Notes under the pieces: model-generated
The model's input: only the letters and a program-made list of their open reading frames with translations
Databases searched by the model: none
Told to the model about the DNA's origin: nothing
Virus record (IMG/VR): IMGVR_UViG_3300017917_002838
Location: 32,001 to 96,000 of that record
Reading direction: 5' to 3' (one strand)
From: a virus
DNA length: 64,000 nucleotides
Position numbers and translations under genes: made by a program
Shown: piece after piece, positions 15,233 through 24,500 of the stretch
Layout of the letters: every line of letters begins with the position of its first letter
Numbering within the stretch: the first letter of the stretch is position 1

Positions 15233-17019
15233 AGCATCTTCATTCTATCCAATGCTGTTGCTAAATCGCTAGGCATTGACTTTGGTGGTCTAATTAAATT
15301 TATAGAGTCTTTCTTTCCTTCAAAATATTCATCCATAGTCATGGATTCATAAGTATGTACTCTAATTTCTTTTTCTACTCCAGCATTAGATTTTGAAATA
15401 GCATTATAAATTGATCCACAAACTGCGTCCGCCAAATCTTTTGAACCTTTTCTAGGGTGATCAACTCGATCTCTCATAATTCTAAGCTGTAATAATTCAT
15501 CAATTAATAATGGTATATATGGTCCATGAAGTCTTTCTTCTAAAACAACCATAGCGAAATCGTCATAATGTTTTTTTGCAACCGACAAAAGTTCCGTATA
15601 TATGCTATATTGATTTAACTGTTGCATCATATCGTGAGAGTTCCATCTGTCAAAGGAACATGATCTTATCTTAAATCCCCGAGATTTTAAAGAAATTATA
15701 TAATCTTTTACTTCTGTAAAATCTACAGACTTATCTGCTGTTGGAGTCCAATATCTAATAGCATCTACGTGAACTATTGGTGCTGGTTGGGAATATTCAT
15801 TTGTTATTTTTACATTTACCCACTCTGACACATGAGACATTGCAACAGCGCAATGGTCGTGTTTTTGAGCTAAGTCTACGTGTATAAAATAGTCGACATC
15901 TTCTTTTGGCTTAAACCACTCTTCAAATCTTCCAAACTGATCTACAGCTATATTTGTATTACTGAAAGCTTTTTCTATTTTTTCTCTAGACTTAAAGAAA
16001 GCGTCTACAGCATCAGATGGCATGCATGCAAATCTTGCTAAGGCATCCGGCATATTTTTATAAAATTCAATTTTAAAATTTTCTATTTTTTTGGTTGGAT
16101 TTATATCCCATGTAGGTCTTTTAATTGCATATACTTTTGGTATTGTATATGAAATAATATGATCTTCTTCCCACTCAACAGTTATTTCATTTCCGTCAAT
16201 TCCGTCTGGAAGGTCTTCGTCCATCTTAAGTGTCTTACTTTGAATAATTGTTTCTTTTTCTGCTATTACTGAATTATAAAATTTTTGTATTGGATCATTT
16301 TTAAAACGAGGAAATGAAAGAAGTATAATCTTACCGAAATCTGGAAAACGAGAAACTACAGAACCTCTATACATATCATAAATAGCATCAGCGGTTTTAG
16401 CCTGATCGTGTCCTGTAGTATTTTCTGTAGCAAAACCAGAAATTTCATCAAGGATTACTGCTATTACGTTATAACCTTCCCAAGCTTCTCTTTCTGAGTG
16501 ACCTGAATGAACTGTAATATTTTTATCAAATTTTATCTCAGAAGCTTTTGGATCATATTTTCCAACAAACCAAGGAGATCTTTCTATTCTGGTCTTAAAT
16601 CCTTTAAAGAAAACATTGTTTGCTTGTTGTGCGTTAATAGCAATATTAAGAATATCTATAGAGTCTCCAGGTGGCTTACCATAGTATGTTGCAGGATCTT
16701 TAAGACACAACAATAGATACACCATGTATGAAACAGCTATAGTAGAACAATAGTCTTTGCCAGAACCTTTTCCGAGCTGTGCAATAATTTCGGTACAAGT
16801 TTGTTTGTATCTTATAGAACCTTCTTCTTTTCCAAATAACTTAATTAAAGTTGACTCTTTATATATCTGAGAAGACTTTTCAATAAGTGTATATTGATAT
16901 TCTGATAATGGTGGTAGACCTAAATAATCTGGGCTAGTTACAAAAGTTTTTAAATCTACTGGCTTTTCGTCAAACTCTTCGCCATCTAAAATATCTATAA
17001 TATCTGTAAAATCAAACAC
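15229..17019 (-). CDS. terL: Terminase large subunit
   Basis: Walker A GKGSGKD, Walker B VILDE, LLSFP coupling motif, nuclease HVDLA...FDRWNS...KDLADA. Confidence 0.9.
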   Translation of the reverse strand: MFDFTDIIDILDGEEFDEKPVDLKTFVTSPDYLGLPPLSEYQYTLIEKSSQIYKESTLIKLFGKEEGSIRYKQTCTEIIAQLGKGSGKDYCSTIAVSYMVYLLLCLKDPATYYGKPPGDSIDILNIAINAQQANNVFFKGFKTRIERSPWFVGKYDPKASEIKFDKNITVHSGHSEREAWEGYNVIAVILDEISGFATENTTGHDQAKTADAIYDMYRGSVVSRFPDFGKIILLSFPRFKNDPIQKFYNSVIAEKETIIQSKTLKMDEDLPDGIDGNEITVEWEEDHIISYTIPKVYAIKRPTWDINPTKKIENFKIEFYKNMPDALARFACMPSDAVDAFFKSREKIEKAFSNTNIAVDQFGRFEEWFKPKEDVDYFIHVDLAQKHDHCAVAMSHVSEWVNVKITNEYSQPAPIVHVDAIRYWTPTADKSVDFTEVKDYIISLKSRGFKIRSCSFDRWNSHDMMQQLNQYSIYTELLSVAKKHYDDFAMVVLEERLHGPYIPLLIDELLQLRIMRDRVDHPRKGSKDLADAVCGSIYNAISKSNAGVEKEIRVHTYESMTMDEYFEGKKDSINLIRPPKSMPSDLATALDRMKML

Positions 17020-17021
17020 GG

Positions 17022-17549
17022 CTATTCTGCCTCAATAACTATTGGCTCCGGCTTGCCTACAACTTGTGCAAGCTTCTTCATAATGTCTTCTCTAATTTCT
17101 GGATATTTTGAAGAAACATCTTTTAATATACCAACTAATATTTCTTGCTTTCTTTCTGTTTCAGCTATTTGAGCAGCAAGGTCTTGGTTATCCAATAAAC
17201 CTACAGATTGAAGCATGTTAATTCTTTTTTGCTCTATGTCTGATATAAGTTTTAAAGCATTTGCCTTAACGTTTAGCTGTCCTGCCTGATCTGCATCGTC
17301 TACGGTCTTCCAGGCCTCTTTAATGAGCATTGCGTAGTGCTTGTCTGCTCCAGAAATAGCCTCTTTTGCCCTGTCCTTAGAAGACCTATCATTACTAATT
17401 ATGTCTTTCCAGCTATCAATTAGCTCCAAGACTTCTTTTCTTTGAAATCCAGTAATTGTGGCAATTTGAGTCGGGTTATTGCCTTTGAGCAATTCCTCGA
17501 CAACTTTATTCATGCGGTCAAAATGTTCCGCTAACTCTATTTCTGCCAT
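17022..17549 (-). CDS. HTH protein, probable terminase small subunit
   Basis: N-terminal HTH (NPTQIATITGFQRKEV), helical body, immediately upstream of terL. Confidence 0.65.
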   Translation of the reverse strand: MAEIELAEHFDRMNKVVEELLKGNNPTQIATITGFQRKEVLELIDSWKDIISNDRSSKDRAKEAISGADKHYAMLIKEAWKTVDDADQAGQLNVKANALKLISDIEQKRINMLQSVGLLDNQDLAAQIAETERKQEILVGILKDVSSKYPEIREDIMKKLAQVVGKPEPIVIEAE

Positions 17550-17555
17550 TTATAT

Positions 17556-17584
17556 ATTATACTTTTAGTCAACTAAAATGTCAA
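17556..17584 (-). promoter_or_regulatory. Consensus promoter with palindromic spacer
   Basis: TTGACA-N17-TATAAT; the spacer holds TTTTAGT-NN-ACTAAAA; ATG is 6 nt downstream. Confidence 0.8.
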
Positions 17585-17931
17585 TTTTGACTGGCTATTT
17601 TCAACAATATTAAATAACCAATTAGATCATCAATATCGTTATCTCCAGGAAAACCTTGAGCATTTTTTATCCTATTTAACTTATCATCAATACGAACTTT
17701 TAATTGTTCGGTAGCATCTGATTGTGCAAATAGTCTCATTGGGCTTAGTGCTGAGTCTCCATAAGAAATATTCTTTTTAACAAGATTGTGTGCTATTTCA
17801 TGGCACATATTAACTATCTTTAATCCGGACGGTGCCGTACATGCTTTTGTGACTAAATCATCACATCTAAAATATTCTCTATCTGGATATACTGGATCCA
17901 ACATTTTCCACCTATTCTTTAGTATTTTCAA
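17581..17931 (-). CDS. DUF1599-like (nucleotide-modification-associated) helical protein
   Basis: KNxxYGDS...RIDDKLxRI...DLIGYLIL. Confidence 0.75.
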   Translation of the reverse strand: MKILKNRWKMLDPVYPDREYFRCDDLVTKACTAPSGLKIVNMCHEIAHNLVKKNISYGDSALSPMRLFAQSDATEQLKVRIDDKLNRIKNAQGFPGDNDIDDLIGYLILLKIASQN

Positions 17932-18637
17932 TTTTTTTATGAACCTCAGCTATCCACTGCACATAACCGTCCGTCCAATTTTGACTGCCATAAATATTTC
18001 TTGCAGCTATGTGATGGAATAGTCTCCAGTTTTCTCCACCATAGCAAAAGAATTTCAAGTCTTTAGATTTTTCTAAATTATTGTATTCTTCATAGTCCTT
18101 AATTAAATCATATTTTTTAGAAAACGTCAAGGACTTAGTTATTCCTGCTGTCCAAATTGTTGGTCCAGTCATGGCATGCACAAAATGTGGATTAGAATAG
18201 TCTGGATCTTTAAATGCTTCTTTAATTAAATCTAAAACATTTTTAATTATTTGATTTCCTGGTGTTGCAGCAAATAACCATTGACAAAAATCTATTTCAT
18301 GTTCTGGGCAAACAATTAGGGAATACTCGTCATTTATCCATGTATCTATTGGTTTTAAACATATGCAATCTAGATCTGCATATATTCCACCATATTTATA
18401 AATAACCATGTATCTCCATATATCACCTCTCATTACGCCAATAGGTGCAGTTATAAATATATTATGCCATTCTTCACCAAATTCTTTTAAAACAAACTCG
18501 GCGGCCTGAGTATCGTCCATATATACGTATTTATATTCAGGATTTAAACTCTTCCATGTTTCTGTTGTTTCTTTAATATAGTCTGGTAGAACATCATAAG
18601 GGTCTTTGTATGTTTGCCAAATTATTCTAGGAATCAA
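17912..18637 (-). CDS. Glycosyltransferase, GT32/OCH1-like
   Basis: IPRIIWQT, DIWRY..IYKYGGIYADLD (DxD) and TGP motifs. Confidence 0.9.
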   Translation of the reverse strand: MIPRIIWQTYKDPYDVLPDYIKETTETWKSLNPEYKYVYMDDTQAAEFVLKEFGEEWHNIFITAPIGVMRGDIWRYMVIYKYGGIYADLDCICLKPIDTWINDEYSLIVCPEHEIDFCQWLFAATPGNQIIKNVLDLIKEAFKDPDYSNPHFVHAMTGPTIWTAGITKSLTFSKKYDLIKDYEEYNNLEKSKDLKFFCYGGENWRLFHHIAARNIYGSQNWTDGYVQWIAEVHKKIENTKE

Positions 18638-19196
18638 TTTTAAAATCCTTTACTACTCTTGGGTCTATCCACCAATCTTCAAACATCCTATTTGGATCTC
18701 CATCATTAATATTTTCAGCAATCAATTCATATCCAAGCAATTTAAATATACCATGAGATTCAGCCTTGATTAAAGAGTTATCTGGGCTTGCATATAAATC
18801 ATGTTCATATGTTATAGTTGAAAATCTATACTCGAGTAAAGGTAGCTTATATAAAGCTTTAAGAGTTTGTTCGGCAGGCTCTATATCTAATTGCAGATAA
18901 TCAATTTGTTTTGGAAAATTATTATCTTTAAAATATTTTAAATAATTAAAATCTGTTGCGTCTGTAGCAATACATTTATTTTTTCTAGAATTATTATATA
19001 TCTCAACCAATTCTGAATTTATCTCAAAACCTACTCCAGACCAACCATATTCTTCTTCTAACAATAAAGTATTATTCCATGCGACTGGATCGTTAGATCC
19101 TATTTCTACATAGAATCCATTTCTTTTTTCTTTTAAAGCATTTAATACAAAAGATTCCTGGTGTGCTTGGCTTTGGCTCTTTTCAAATATCCTCAT
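18627..19196 (-). CDS. FkbM/Methyltransf_21-like SAM methyltransferase
   Basis: SQ..QE.FV, YVEIG, NT..LE...GWSG, IDYLQLDIE and EDWW motifs. Confidence 0.8.
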   Translation of the reverse strand: MRIFEKSQSQAHQESFVLNALKEKRNGFYVEIGSNDPVAWNNTLLLEEEYGWSGVGFEINSELVEIYNNSRKNKCIATDATDFNYLKYFKDNNFPKQIDYLQLDIEPAEQTLKALYKLPLLEYRFSTITYEHDLYASPDNSLIKAESHGIFKLLGYELIAENINDGDPNRMFEDWWIDPRVVKDFKIDS

Positions 19197-19339
19197 CTTT
19201 TTTTAATCAATCCAAACTTTTCTAAATATCTCTGTATGGTCATTGCAGAGACTCCACACTCATCAGCTATTTCTATAACTGTTTTCTTTTGAACAACGTA
19301 CCTTCTGTATAACCAAACCTCGCTTTGATATAGTTTCAT
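19193..19339 (-). CDS. Small HTH DNA-binding protein (48 aa)
   Basis: Hand translation MKLYQSEVWLYRRYVVQKKTVIEIADECGVSAMTIQRYLEKFGLIKKR; ATGA overlaps on both sides. Confidence 0.85.
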   Translation of the reverse strand: MKLYQSEVWLYRRYVVQKKTVIEIADECGVSAMTIQRYLEKFGLIKKR

Positions 19340-20082
19340 GATTTTCTCTTTAAAATTATATTAAAAACTTTTCTTGGAATATTGTTAATATCAAATCTAT
19401 CTCCATTTAAATAAAAAATATCATAATCAATATATATTTTTTGTAAAAATTTATTATCATTATGTCCAACTTCCATCATAATTAGTTTACATTTTTTTGT
19501 ATTATTATGCATTCCATCAAATACTTTTTCCTCATGTCCTTCTACATCAATTTTAATAAAATCTGGAGTTTCATCATAAATGCTATCCAATCTTATTGCT
19601 TTTACCTTTTCTACTGTATATTTATCATTGGGCTCATTATTATAAAAATCTAATTTTATGATTGTTGATGCTCCTATATTTTCAAAAGGGATAAGCATTG
19701 TGGCTTCGTAATTTTTATTAGAAAGAGCATATTGATACATTGTTATTTTGCCTGCATGATCATAATTGTTTAATTTTGTAGAAATTTGATAATTATCATT
19801 TAAATGTTTTAATGGTTCAAATGCTATTACTTCTCCGGTTTTTCCAACAATTCGTGCCATAACTTCTGTAAAGTATCCATTATTAGCTCCAATATCTAGA
19901 CATTTCCAACCAGGTTGTATATTTTTTATCATCCATTCAGTTTCTTCTTGCTCCCATATTCCTAATTTTTTGCAACATGCTTGTACTGCATTATCACTTT
20001 CATCTCCCGTATAAACAAAAAATGAGTTTAAAACTTTTGAAAATCCTCCAAGATTTACAATTTCTCTATTTTGTGTATTCAT
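19336..20082 (-). CDS. FkbM-family methyltransferase
   Basis: LDIGANxGYF, AFEP and IKIDVEGHE motifs. Confidence 0.9.
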   Translation of the reverse strand: MNTQNREIVNLGGFSKVLNSFFVYTGDESDNAVQACCKKLGIWEQEETEWMIKNIQPGWKCLDIGANNGYFTEVMARIVGKTGEVIAFEPLKHLNDNYQISTKLNNYDHAGKITMYQYALSNKNYEATMLIPFENIGASTIIKLDFYNNEPNDKYTVEKVKAIRLDSIYDETPDFIKIDVEGHEEKVFDGMHNNTKKCKLIMMEVGHNDNKFLQKIYIDYDIFYLNGDRFDINNIPRKVFNIILKRKS

Positions 20083-20648
20083 TATCTTTCCGTAAGTTGT
20101 TTATATCCATAAAATGCTATGCCAACCGAATCAGCAACATCAAAATCATCCAAGTTAATATTAAAGTTTGTATTTGCCCAGTTTACAGTTCTTTGCTTTC
20201 TTATCTCTCTCATTTTTGCTTTATACCAAGATTCAGTTTTACCTGGATTTTCAAACTTTAATTTGTCTTTTTCCATCTTTGTTGGATTTTTATTTCCAAT
20301 GTGTGATTGCCAAGCTGTTGGAGATATTGTAATTACTTTAGCCCCGCTAGACATTAGCTCGGCAATAACAACTCCATATACATAAGATAATTTAATAACA
20401 GCATCTGGAGACTTTACAAAAACAGCTCCTTCTACAACAATATAATCTGATTCCAATTGCGGAAGCATTGCCTTCATTTTTATTTTTGCGTCATATATTT
20501 TTTCATATATGTCTGCACCTACAAATTCTATTTTACCCCAACGAACCGGTTTATTGTTTTCTATCAGACAAAAAGCAACTGAATTTGTAGAAGCATCTAT
20601 GCCCAATACACGTTGCGCTTTTACTTTATGTAAACTAGCTAATGTCAT
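20082..20648 (-). CDS. ruvC: RuvC-like Holliday junction resolvase
   Basis: VLGIDAS, VVE, P..W and D..ADS.GIA motifs. Confidence 0.85.
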   Translation of the reverse strand: MTLASLHKVKAQRVLGIDASTNSVAFCLIENNKPVRWGKIEFVGADIYEKIYDAKIKMKAMLPQLESDYIVVEGAVFVKSPDAVIKLSYVYGVVIAELMSSGAKVITISPTAWQSHIGNKNPTKMEKDKLKFENPGKTESWYKAKMREIRKQRTVNWANTNFNINLDDFDVADSVGIAFYGYKQLTER

Positions 20649-20910
20649 TTAGCAACCTCTTTATGTGCTCTCTGTCTTTAGTTTTATTTTTTTGTTGACA
20701 CTTAGTACATTTGTTGCCCTCGTTATATCTGCTTAACTTAGCACCACACTTACATTTTCTAACGGCACCATTTCTAATTGCTTTTTTTTCATAATACTTT
20801 TCCATAATTCTGCGATTAGTGGCAACACGGCAACACTCATCACAGCAATATTTTTGATTATGTGTTTTAGGATTAAAATCTTTTTTGCAATCTGAGTTAG
20901 CGCATATCAT
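20635..20910 (-). CDS. Cys-rich Zn-finger protein
   Basis: CxxxxC..F.P....QKYC...C; LSRYN...CxxC. Confidence 0.7.
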   Translation of the reverse strand: MICANSDCKKDFNPKTHNQKYCCDECCRVATNRRIMEKYYEKKAIRNGAVRKCKCGAKLSRYNEGNKCTKCQQKNKTKDREHIKRLLNDIS

Positions 20911-21683
20911 AATTTTGGAGCTTCAAATTTATCTATCTCAATAATGCCATTTTCTTTAGAATAGCATTCACTTCTGACAGGACACCCCTTGCAAACAGTA
21001 GAAGATTTTGTGAACGATCTAGTAGGCAAGGTATCCTCTTTATATGCCGACCATACAGTAGACATCCACTCAAAAGCTTCGTCAACAATTTGTTTATTTG
21101 CTTTATTCATCTCAATCGGTATTACTACAACTTCTTGCGTATTTTTATTCTCATATATAAAGAATCCCTCATCGGAATTGTTAATCTTCATATATATAAG
21201 TAGTTGTATTAAATGGTTTCCTGAAGGCTTAAGACTTGATTGCTTATGCAAAAATACTTCTTCTTTGGCCGTCTTTATTTCACCAATAATTTCTTTATTG
21301 TCAATTTCAAATATTAAATCGGCAAACCCTCTGATTGGTGGGTCCTGATTTAACATCTCCCGCTCTTCTTCTTTAAACCAGTCCATGTCTTTTATAAGGT
21401 CTTGAAGTCTTTCATGTGCTTGAGTACCATTCATCATGTTTGCAATTGCTACAGAGTCTTGTTGTTCCTCAAAAATTGCGCCGTTAAAAGCAATATACCA
21501 ATATCTAGCACAATTACCATGACCGTAACCTATTGTGCTTGGAGAAAAGGACTCTTTTTTAGTAAATTTATTTTCTCTTTTTTTAGAAAGGTATGCCTTG
21601 TTTAGCTTTTCGGAAAACTCCTCTAAGTTAAAAGACCCTTTGGACTTTTTGAACTTTAACTGGGATACTATTTCCCTTGACAA
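20907..21683 (-). CDS. Cas4-like PD-(D/E)xK exonuclease
   Basis: C.R.W, GT..HE, G.AD, EIKT, QL.IY and C-terminal CxxCP...C. Confidence 0.85.
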   Translation of the reverse strand: MSREIVSQLKFKKSKGSFNLEEFSEKLNKAYLSKKRENKFTKKESFSPSTIGYGHGNCARYWYIAFNGAIFEEQQDSVAIANMMNGTQAHERLQDLIKDMDWFKEEEREMLNQDPPIRGFADLIFEIDNKEIIGEIKTAKEEVFLHKQSSLKPSGNHLIQLLIYMKINNSDEGFFIYENKNTQEVVVIPIEMNKANKQIVDEAFEWMSTVWSAYKEDTLPTRSFTKSSTVCKGCPVRSECYSKENGIIEIDKFEAPKL

Positions 21684-21691
21684 TTTTCCTC

Positions 21692-22030
21692 TTAACTATA
21701 TCGTGCAGAATACTTTAGTGCATCTACAAGCCGATCTATGGCTTCTTTAGCTGAGTAATAAATATTTTTTTTATAATTATTTATTGTTCCAGCTTTATCT
21801 TTACCAATTGTAGCATAATACGAAGCAAGTATGGCCAGTTTTGCAGATATTGCTTGTAATTCTACAATTAAAACTGGAGCTTTTGCAGATGGAACATCAG
21901 GGTTCATTACTAATTTAATTATTACTGACAAAGCCCTGTCCAGTTGTTCATCTTGCATATGCTCATGAAGATCATTAAATTCTGTAACTTCACTAATAAG
22001 TTCTAGTATGCTTTTAGCCTCTGTTGCCAT
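21692..22030 (-). CDS. Hypothetical helical protein
   Basis: ORF track; lies in the recombination operon. Confidence 0.7.
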   Translation of the reverse strand: MATEAKSILELISEVTEFNDLHEHMQDEQLDRALSVIIKLVMNPDVPSAKAPVLIVELQAISAKLAILASYYATIGKDKAGTINNYKKNIYYSAKEAIDRLVDALKYSARYS

Positions 22031-22172
22031 TATTTCTTACTTTCCAATGATTAACAATATAAGGTCCTAAATCGGACTTTATTCTGCCACTCTTTTCTAC
22101 CCTAACAATTCTACCATTTTGAATAATAGTTTTATTGTGTGGATGTTTTTTAATTCTTTGACCGTTAGACAT
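22014..22172 (-). CDS. Small basic protein (52 aa)
   Basis: Hand translation MSNGQRIKKHPHNKTIIQNGRIVRVEKSGRIKSDLGPY... Confidence 0.6.
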   Translation of the reverse strand: MSNGQRIKKHPHNKTIIQNGRIVRVEKSGRIKSDLGPYIVNHWKVRNNGNRG

Positions 22173-22473
22173 CTTTTTTCTCCCACTCTTCTATAAGCTG
22201 CTCCAGTAATGACCATTCAATTACTGCGAGTCTTGTTTTGCTGTTATCTTTTCCAAGAATAAGTTTAAGTACAGGGTACTTGTCACGGCTAACTTTAAAT
22301 GTATCTGTACAAACTTTTGCCCAAATTTTTTGGGAAATAGAAATACTTGACTCATACTCTTTATAATCAACTACGAAATCCTTCCACTGAGCATCTCCTT
22401 TTTGATAGTTACCACGTCCACTATTTTTTTGCTGTTTTGCTCCATCACGTTTAGCTTCAGATCTTTCAGACAT
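22165..22473 (-). CDS. Hjc-like PD-(D/E)xK resolvase/endonuclease
   Basis: E..EAKR.GA...NSGRG..KGD...VDYKE. Confidence 0.65.
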   Translation of the reverse strand: MSERSEAKRDGAKQQKNSGRGNYQKGDAQWKDFVVDYKEYESSISISQKIWAKVCTDTFKVSRDKYPVLKLILGKDNSKTRLAVIEWSLLEQLIEEWEKKDV

Positions 22474-22667
22474 TACAGTTTAAATCCAGTAGAGGATATA
22501 TGTCCATTTGGACATTTCCAAAATATAATCTGTTTTTCTCTAACATATTCTGCTTCGTCTGCAACTTCCTGGCATTCCTGACAAGAAAATGATCCTTCAA
22601 CAATTGTCTTTGGCTTTTCTACATTTTCATATTCTGGTTCAGAAAAAATGTCATTAAAGTTTGGCAT
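22473..22667 (-). CDS. Small zinc-ribbon protein
   Basis: CQEC...WKCPNGH. Confidence 0.7.
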   Translation of the reverse strand: MPNFNDIFSEPEYENVEKPKTIVEGSFSCQECQEVADEAEYVREKQIIFWKCPNGHISSTGFKL

Positions 22668-23652
22668 CTATTTGTTTCCTTAGTTCGGTAACAACTTTAG
22701 GGTTTTCTTTAAGATATTGAACTGCTTTCTGCCTACCTTGTAGTCTTTCTCCCAATACCGTATACCAAGCTCCGCCCTTTTCAATAATTCCACACATCTC
22801 AGCAACATCTAGAGTTTCACCTATACTGTCCACTCCAAGCGACTCGCCCTGATAGTAGAAATCATATTGTCCAGACAAATTAGGTGGTCCAAGTTTGTTA
22901 TAGTCTATAATCCAGTTTACTGGTCTTCCAACCTTCTGTTCTATAATCTTGTCTCCAACCTGAACTCCAGCTTTAATAGCATTTGCTTCAGCCTCCGAAG
23001 ACCATAATTTAATAACAGTAGATGAGAAAAATTTTACTGCCATTCCACCCGTAGGGATATGGCTAGCATGCATAGAGCCAAATTGATTTCTTTGCTGTGA
23101 TATAAGAACCAGTAAAGTATTTTTGTTTGCATAATTTAACATTTTTACAGCATGAGTCATGTCTTTAGCCTCAGCACCAATTTGTTTTGTATCCTGCAAA
23201 TCCTTTAGTTCATTTCCATCTTTTTCAAAGTAGATTGCTGGTAGTAAAGCAGATATAGAATCTACAACTATTAAATCTACTCCTGCTTCCATAAGCCCAG
23301 TTGCAACATCAACCATATCGTTTACAGTTTTTGCTGGAGAATAAATTAATTTTTCCGAATCAACACCCAAACTTTCTGCCCACTTAGGATCATATGAAGA
23401 TTCAGAGTCTATCCAAGCACAAGTTTTTCCTTCTTGTTGAGCCAAACCAATCATTTGCAGGCAAAAAGATGACTTGCCAGCTGATTTGTTTCCCCATACC
23501 AAAACCTGTCTTCCATATCCTAATCCACCCTTAAGGGCAAGATTGAGACCAATGCTTGGCGTAGGCTGTTTTTCAATAGTAACGTCTATTGCAGATTGAA
23601 CTCGTTGTCTTGTTTTTGCATCTAATTGTGATAATACTTCTGTTATATCCAT
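22654..23652 (-). CDS. recA: RecA/UvsX-like recombinase
   Basis: GNKSAGKS Walker A, WIDSE, VVDSI, TGG.A.KF and KGGAWY motifs. Confidence 0.93.
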   Translation of the reverse strand: MDITEVLSQLDAKTRQRVQSAIDVTIEKQPTPSIGLNLALKGGLGYGRQVLVWGNKSAGKSSFCLQMIGLAQQEGKTCAWIDSESSYDPKWAESLGVDSEKLIYSPAKTVNDMVDVATGLMEAGVDLIVVDSISALLPAIYFEKDGNELKDLQDTKQIGAEAKDMTHAVKMLNYANKNTLLVLISQQRNQFGSMHASHIPTGGMAVKFFSSTVIKLWSSEAEANAIKAGVQVGDKIIEQKVGRPVNWIIDYNKLGPPNLSGQYDFYYQGESLGVDSIGETLDVAEMCGIIEKGGAWYTVLGERLQGRQKAVQYLKENPKVVTELRKQIDAKL

Positions 23653-23682
23653 AAACTTCTTTCTGTTTGATTTATTATAGCA

Positions 23683-24096
23683 TTAAAATAAATTGCCGTG
23701 AAGTCTTGGACGAGCTCTATTTTTATCCATCTTAGAGTCTAAAACTTCATCTAGTGATTCCGAAACAATCTGTGCATTTTTAAGGGCAGCATAAAGATCT
23801 AATATCCTAATTAATACGTCTGCCATCTCTTCAACTATTTGGTAGCCACCCTTTTCTTTTCTTATTGCTTCTAAAACTTCAGTTACCTCAGAGTGTACTA
23901 ATGCTAGCTTATTTCCAATCTTGTCATAGCTTGTTTCGCCTTCCCAAAAACCTTTTTCAATAGCCGACTCATGTAGCACTGCTGCAAGGGCATCTAGACC
24001 GAACTCCGTTACAATTGAATGTGCTGTAGTTGTAACAGTAGGCTTATCTGGATTATTTGGATTTACTCTAAAATCTCCTATTTTAATTGTTCCCAT
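23683..24096 (-). CDS. MazG-like NTP pyrophosphohydrolase
   Basis: LALVHSEVTEVLEA.RK...EEMADVLIRILD...KM.KN..RP..HG. Confidence 0.85.
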   Translation of the reverse strand: MGTIKIGDFRVNPNNPDKPTVTTTAHSIVTEFGLDALAAVLHESAIEKGFWEGETSYDKIGNKLALVHSEVTEVLEAIRKEKGGYQIVEEMADVLIRILDLYAALKNAQIVSESLDEVLDSKMDKNRARPRLHGNLF

Positions 24097-24283
24097 TTTT
24101 ATCTCCTAGTTTAATAATAAAAGATGAATTATCTTCACTATAATCTAAAACTAATTGTTTTTCTTCTGTATTTCCTTTTAATACTGAATCAATTGTAACC
24201 TCAACAGATCCAATTTTTTCTAGTATTGCATATAATACATTTCCTATTTTTATTTGCGAGCTGATATCATTAATTTCGGACAT
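24083..24283 (-). CDS. Hypothetical protein
   Basis: ORF track; coupled. Confidence 0.65.
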   Translation of the reverse strand: MSEINDISSQIKIGNVLYAILEKIGSVEVTIDSVLKGNTEEKQLVLDYSEDNSSFIIKLGDKNGNN

Positions 24284-24500
24284 AAACGTCTACCCCTTTA
24301 AATTTTTTTAACCAGTCGAAGGTTGACATAAGATTTTCTCTAGTAACACAGGTATCGCAACCACAAAATAATTCGTATGGCTCCCAACCTTCAGGAACGC
24401 CTTCATCTTCATAAATACTGTTTAGGCAAGTATTGATATGATCTGTTACAAAATTTTGTAAAGACTCCGCTTCTTCTGTAGTTAACTCAACTGAGGTCAT
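24270..24500 (-). CDS. Hypothetical protein (FCGCxTC motif)
   Basis: ATGA overlap with the dnaE stop. Confidence 0.7.
   Translation of the reverse strand: MTSVELTTEEAESLQNFVTDHINTCLNSIYEDEGVPEGWEPYELFCGCDTCVTRENLMSTFDWLKKFKGVDVYVRN

Noticed and set aside
20907-21683. CRISPR-Cas system suggested by the Cas4-like gene
   Set aside because: No repeat-spacer array or other cas genes were seen. Solo Cas4-like nucleases are common in phage recombination modules.
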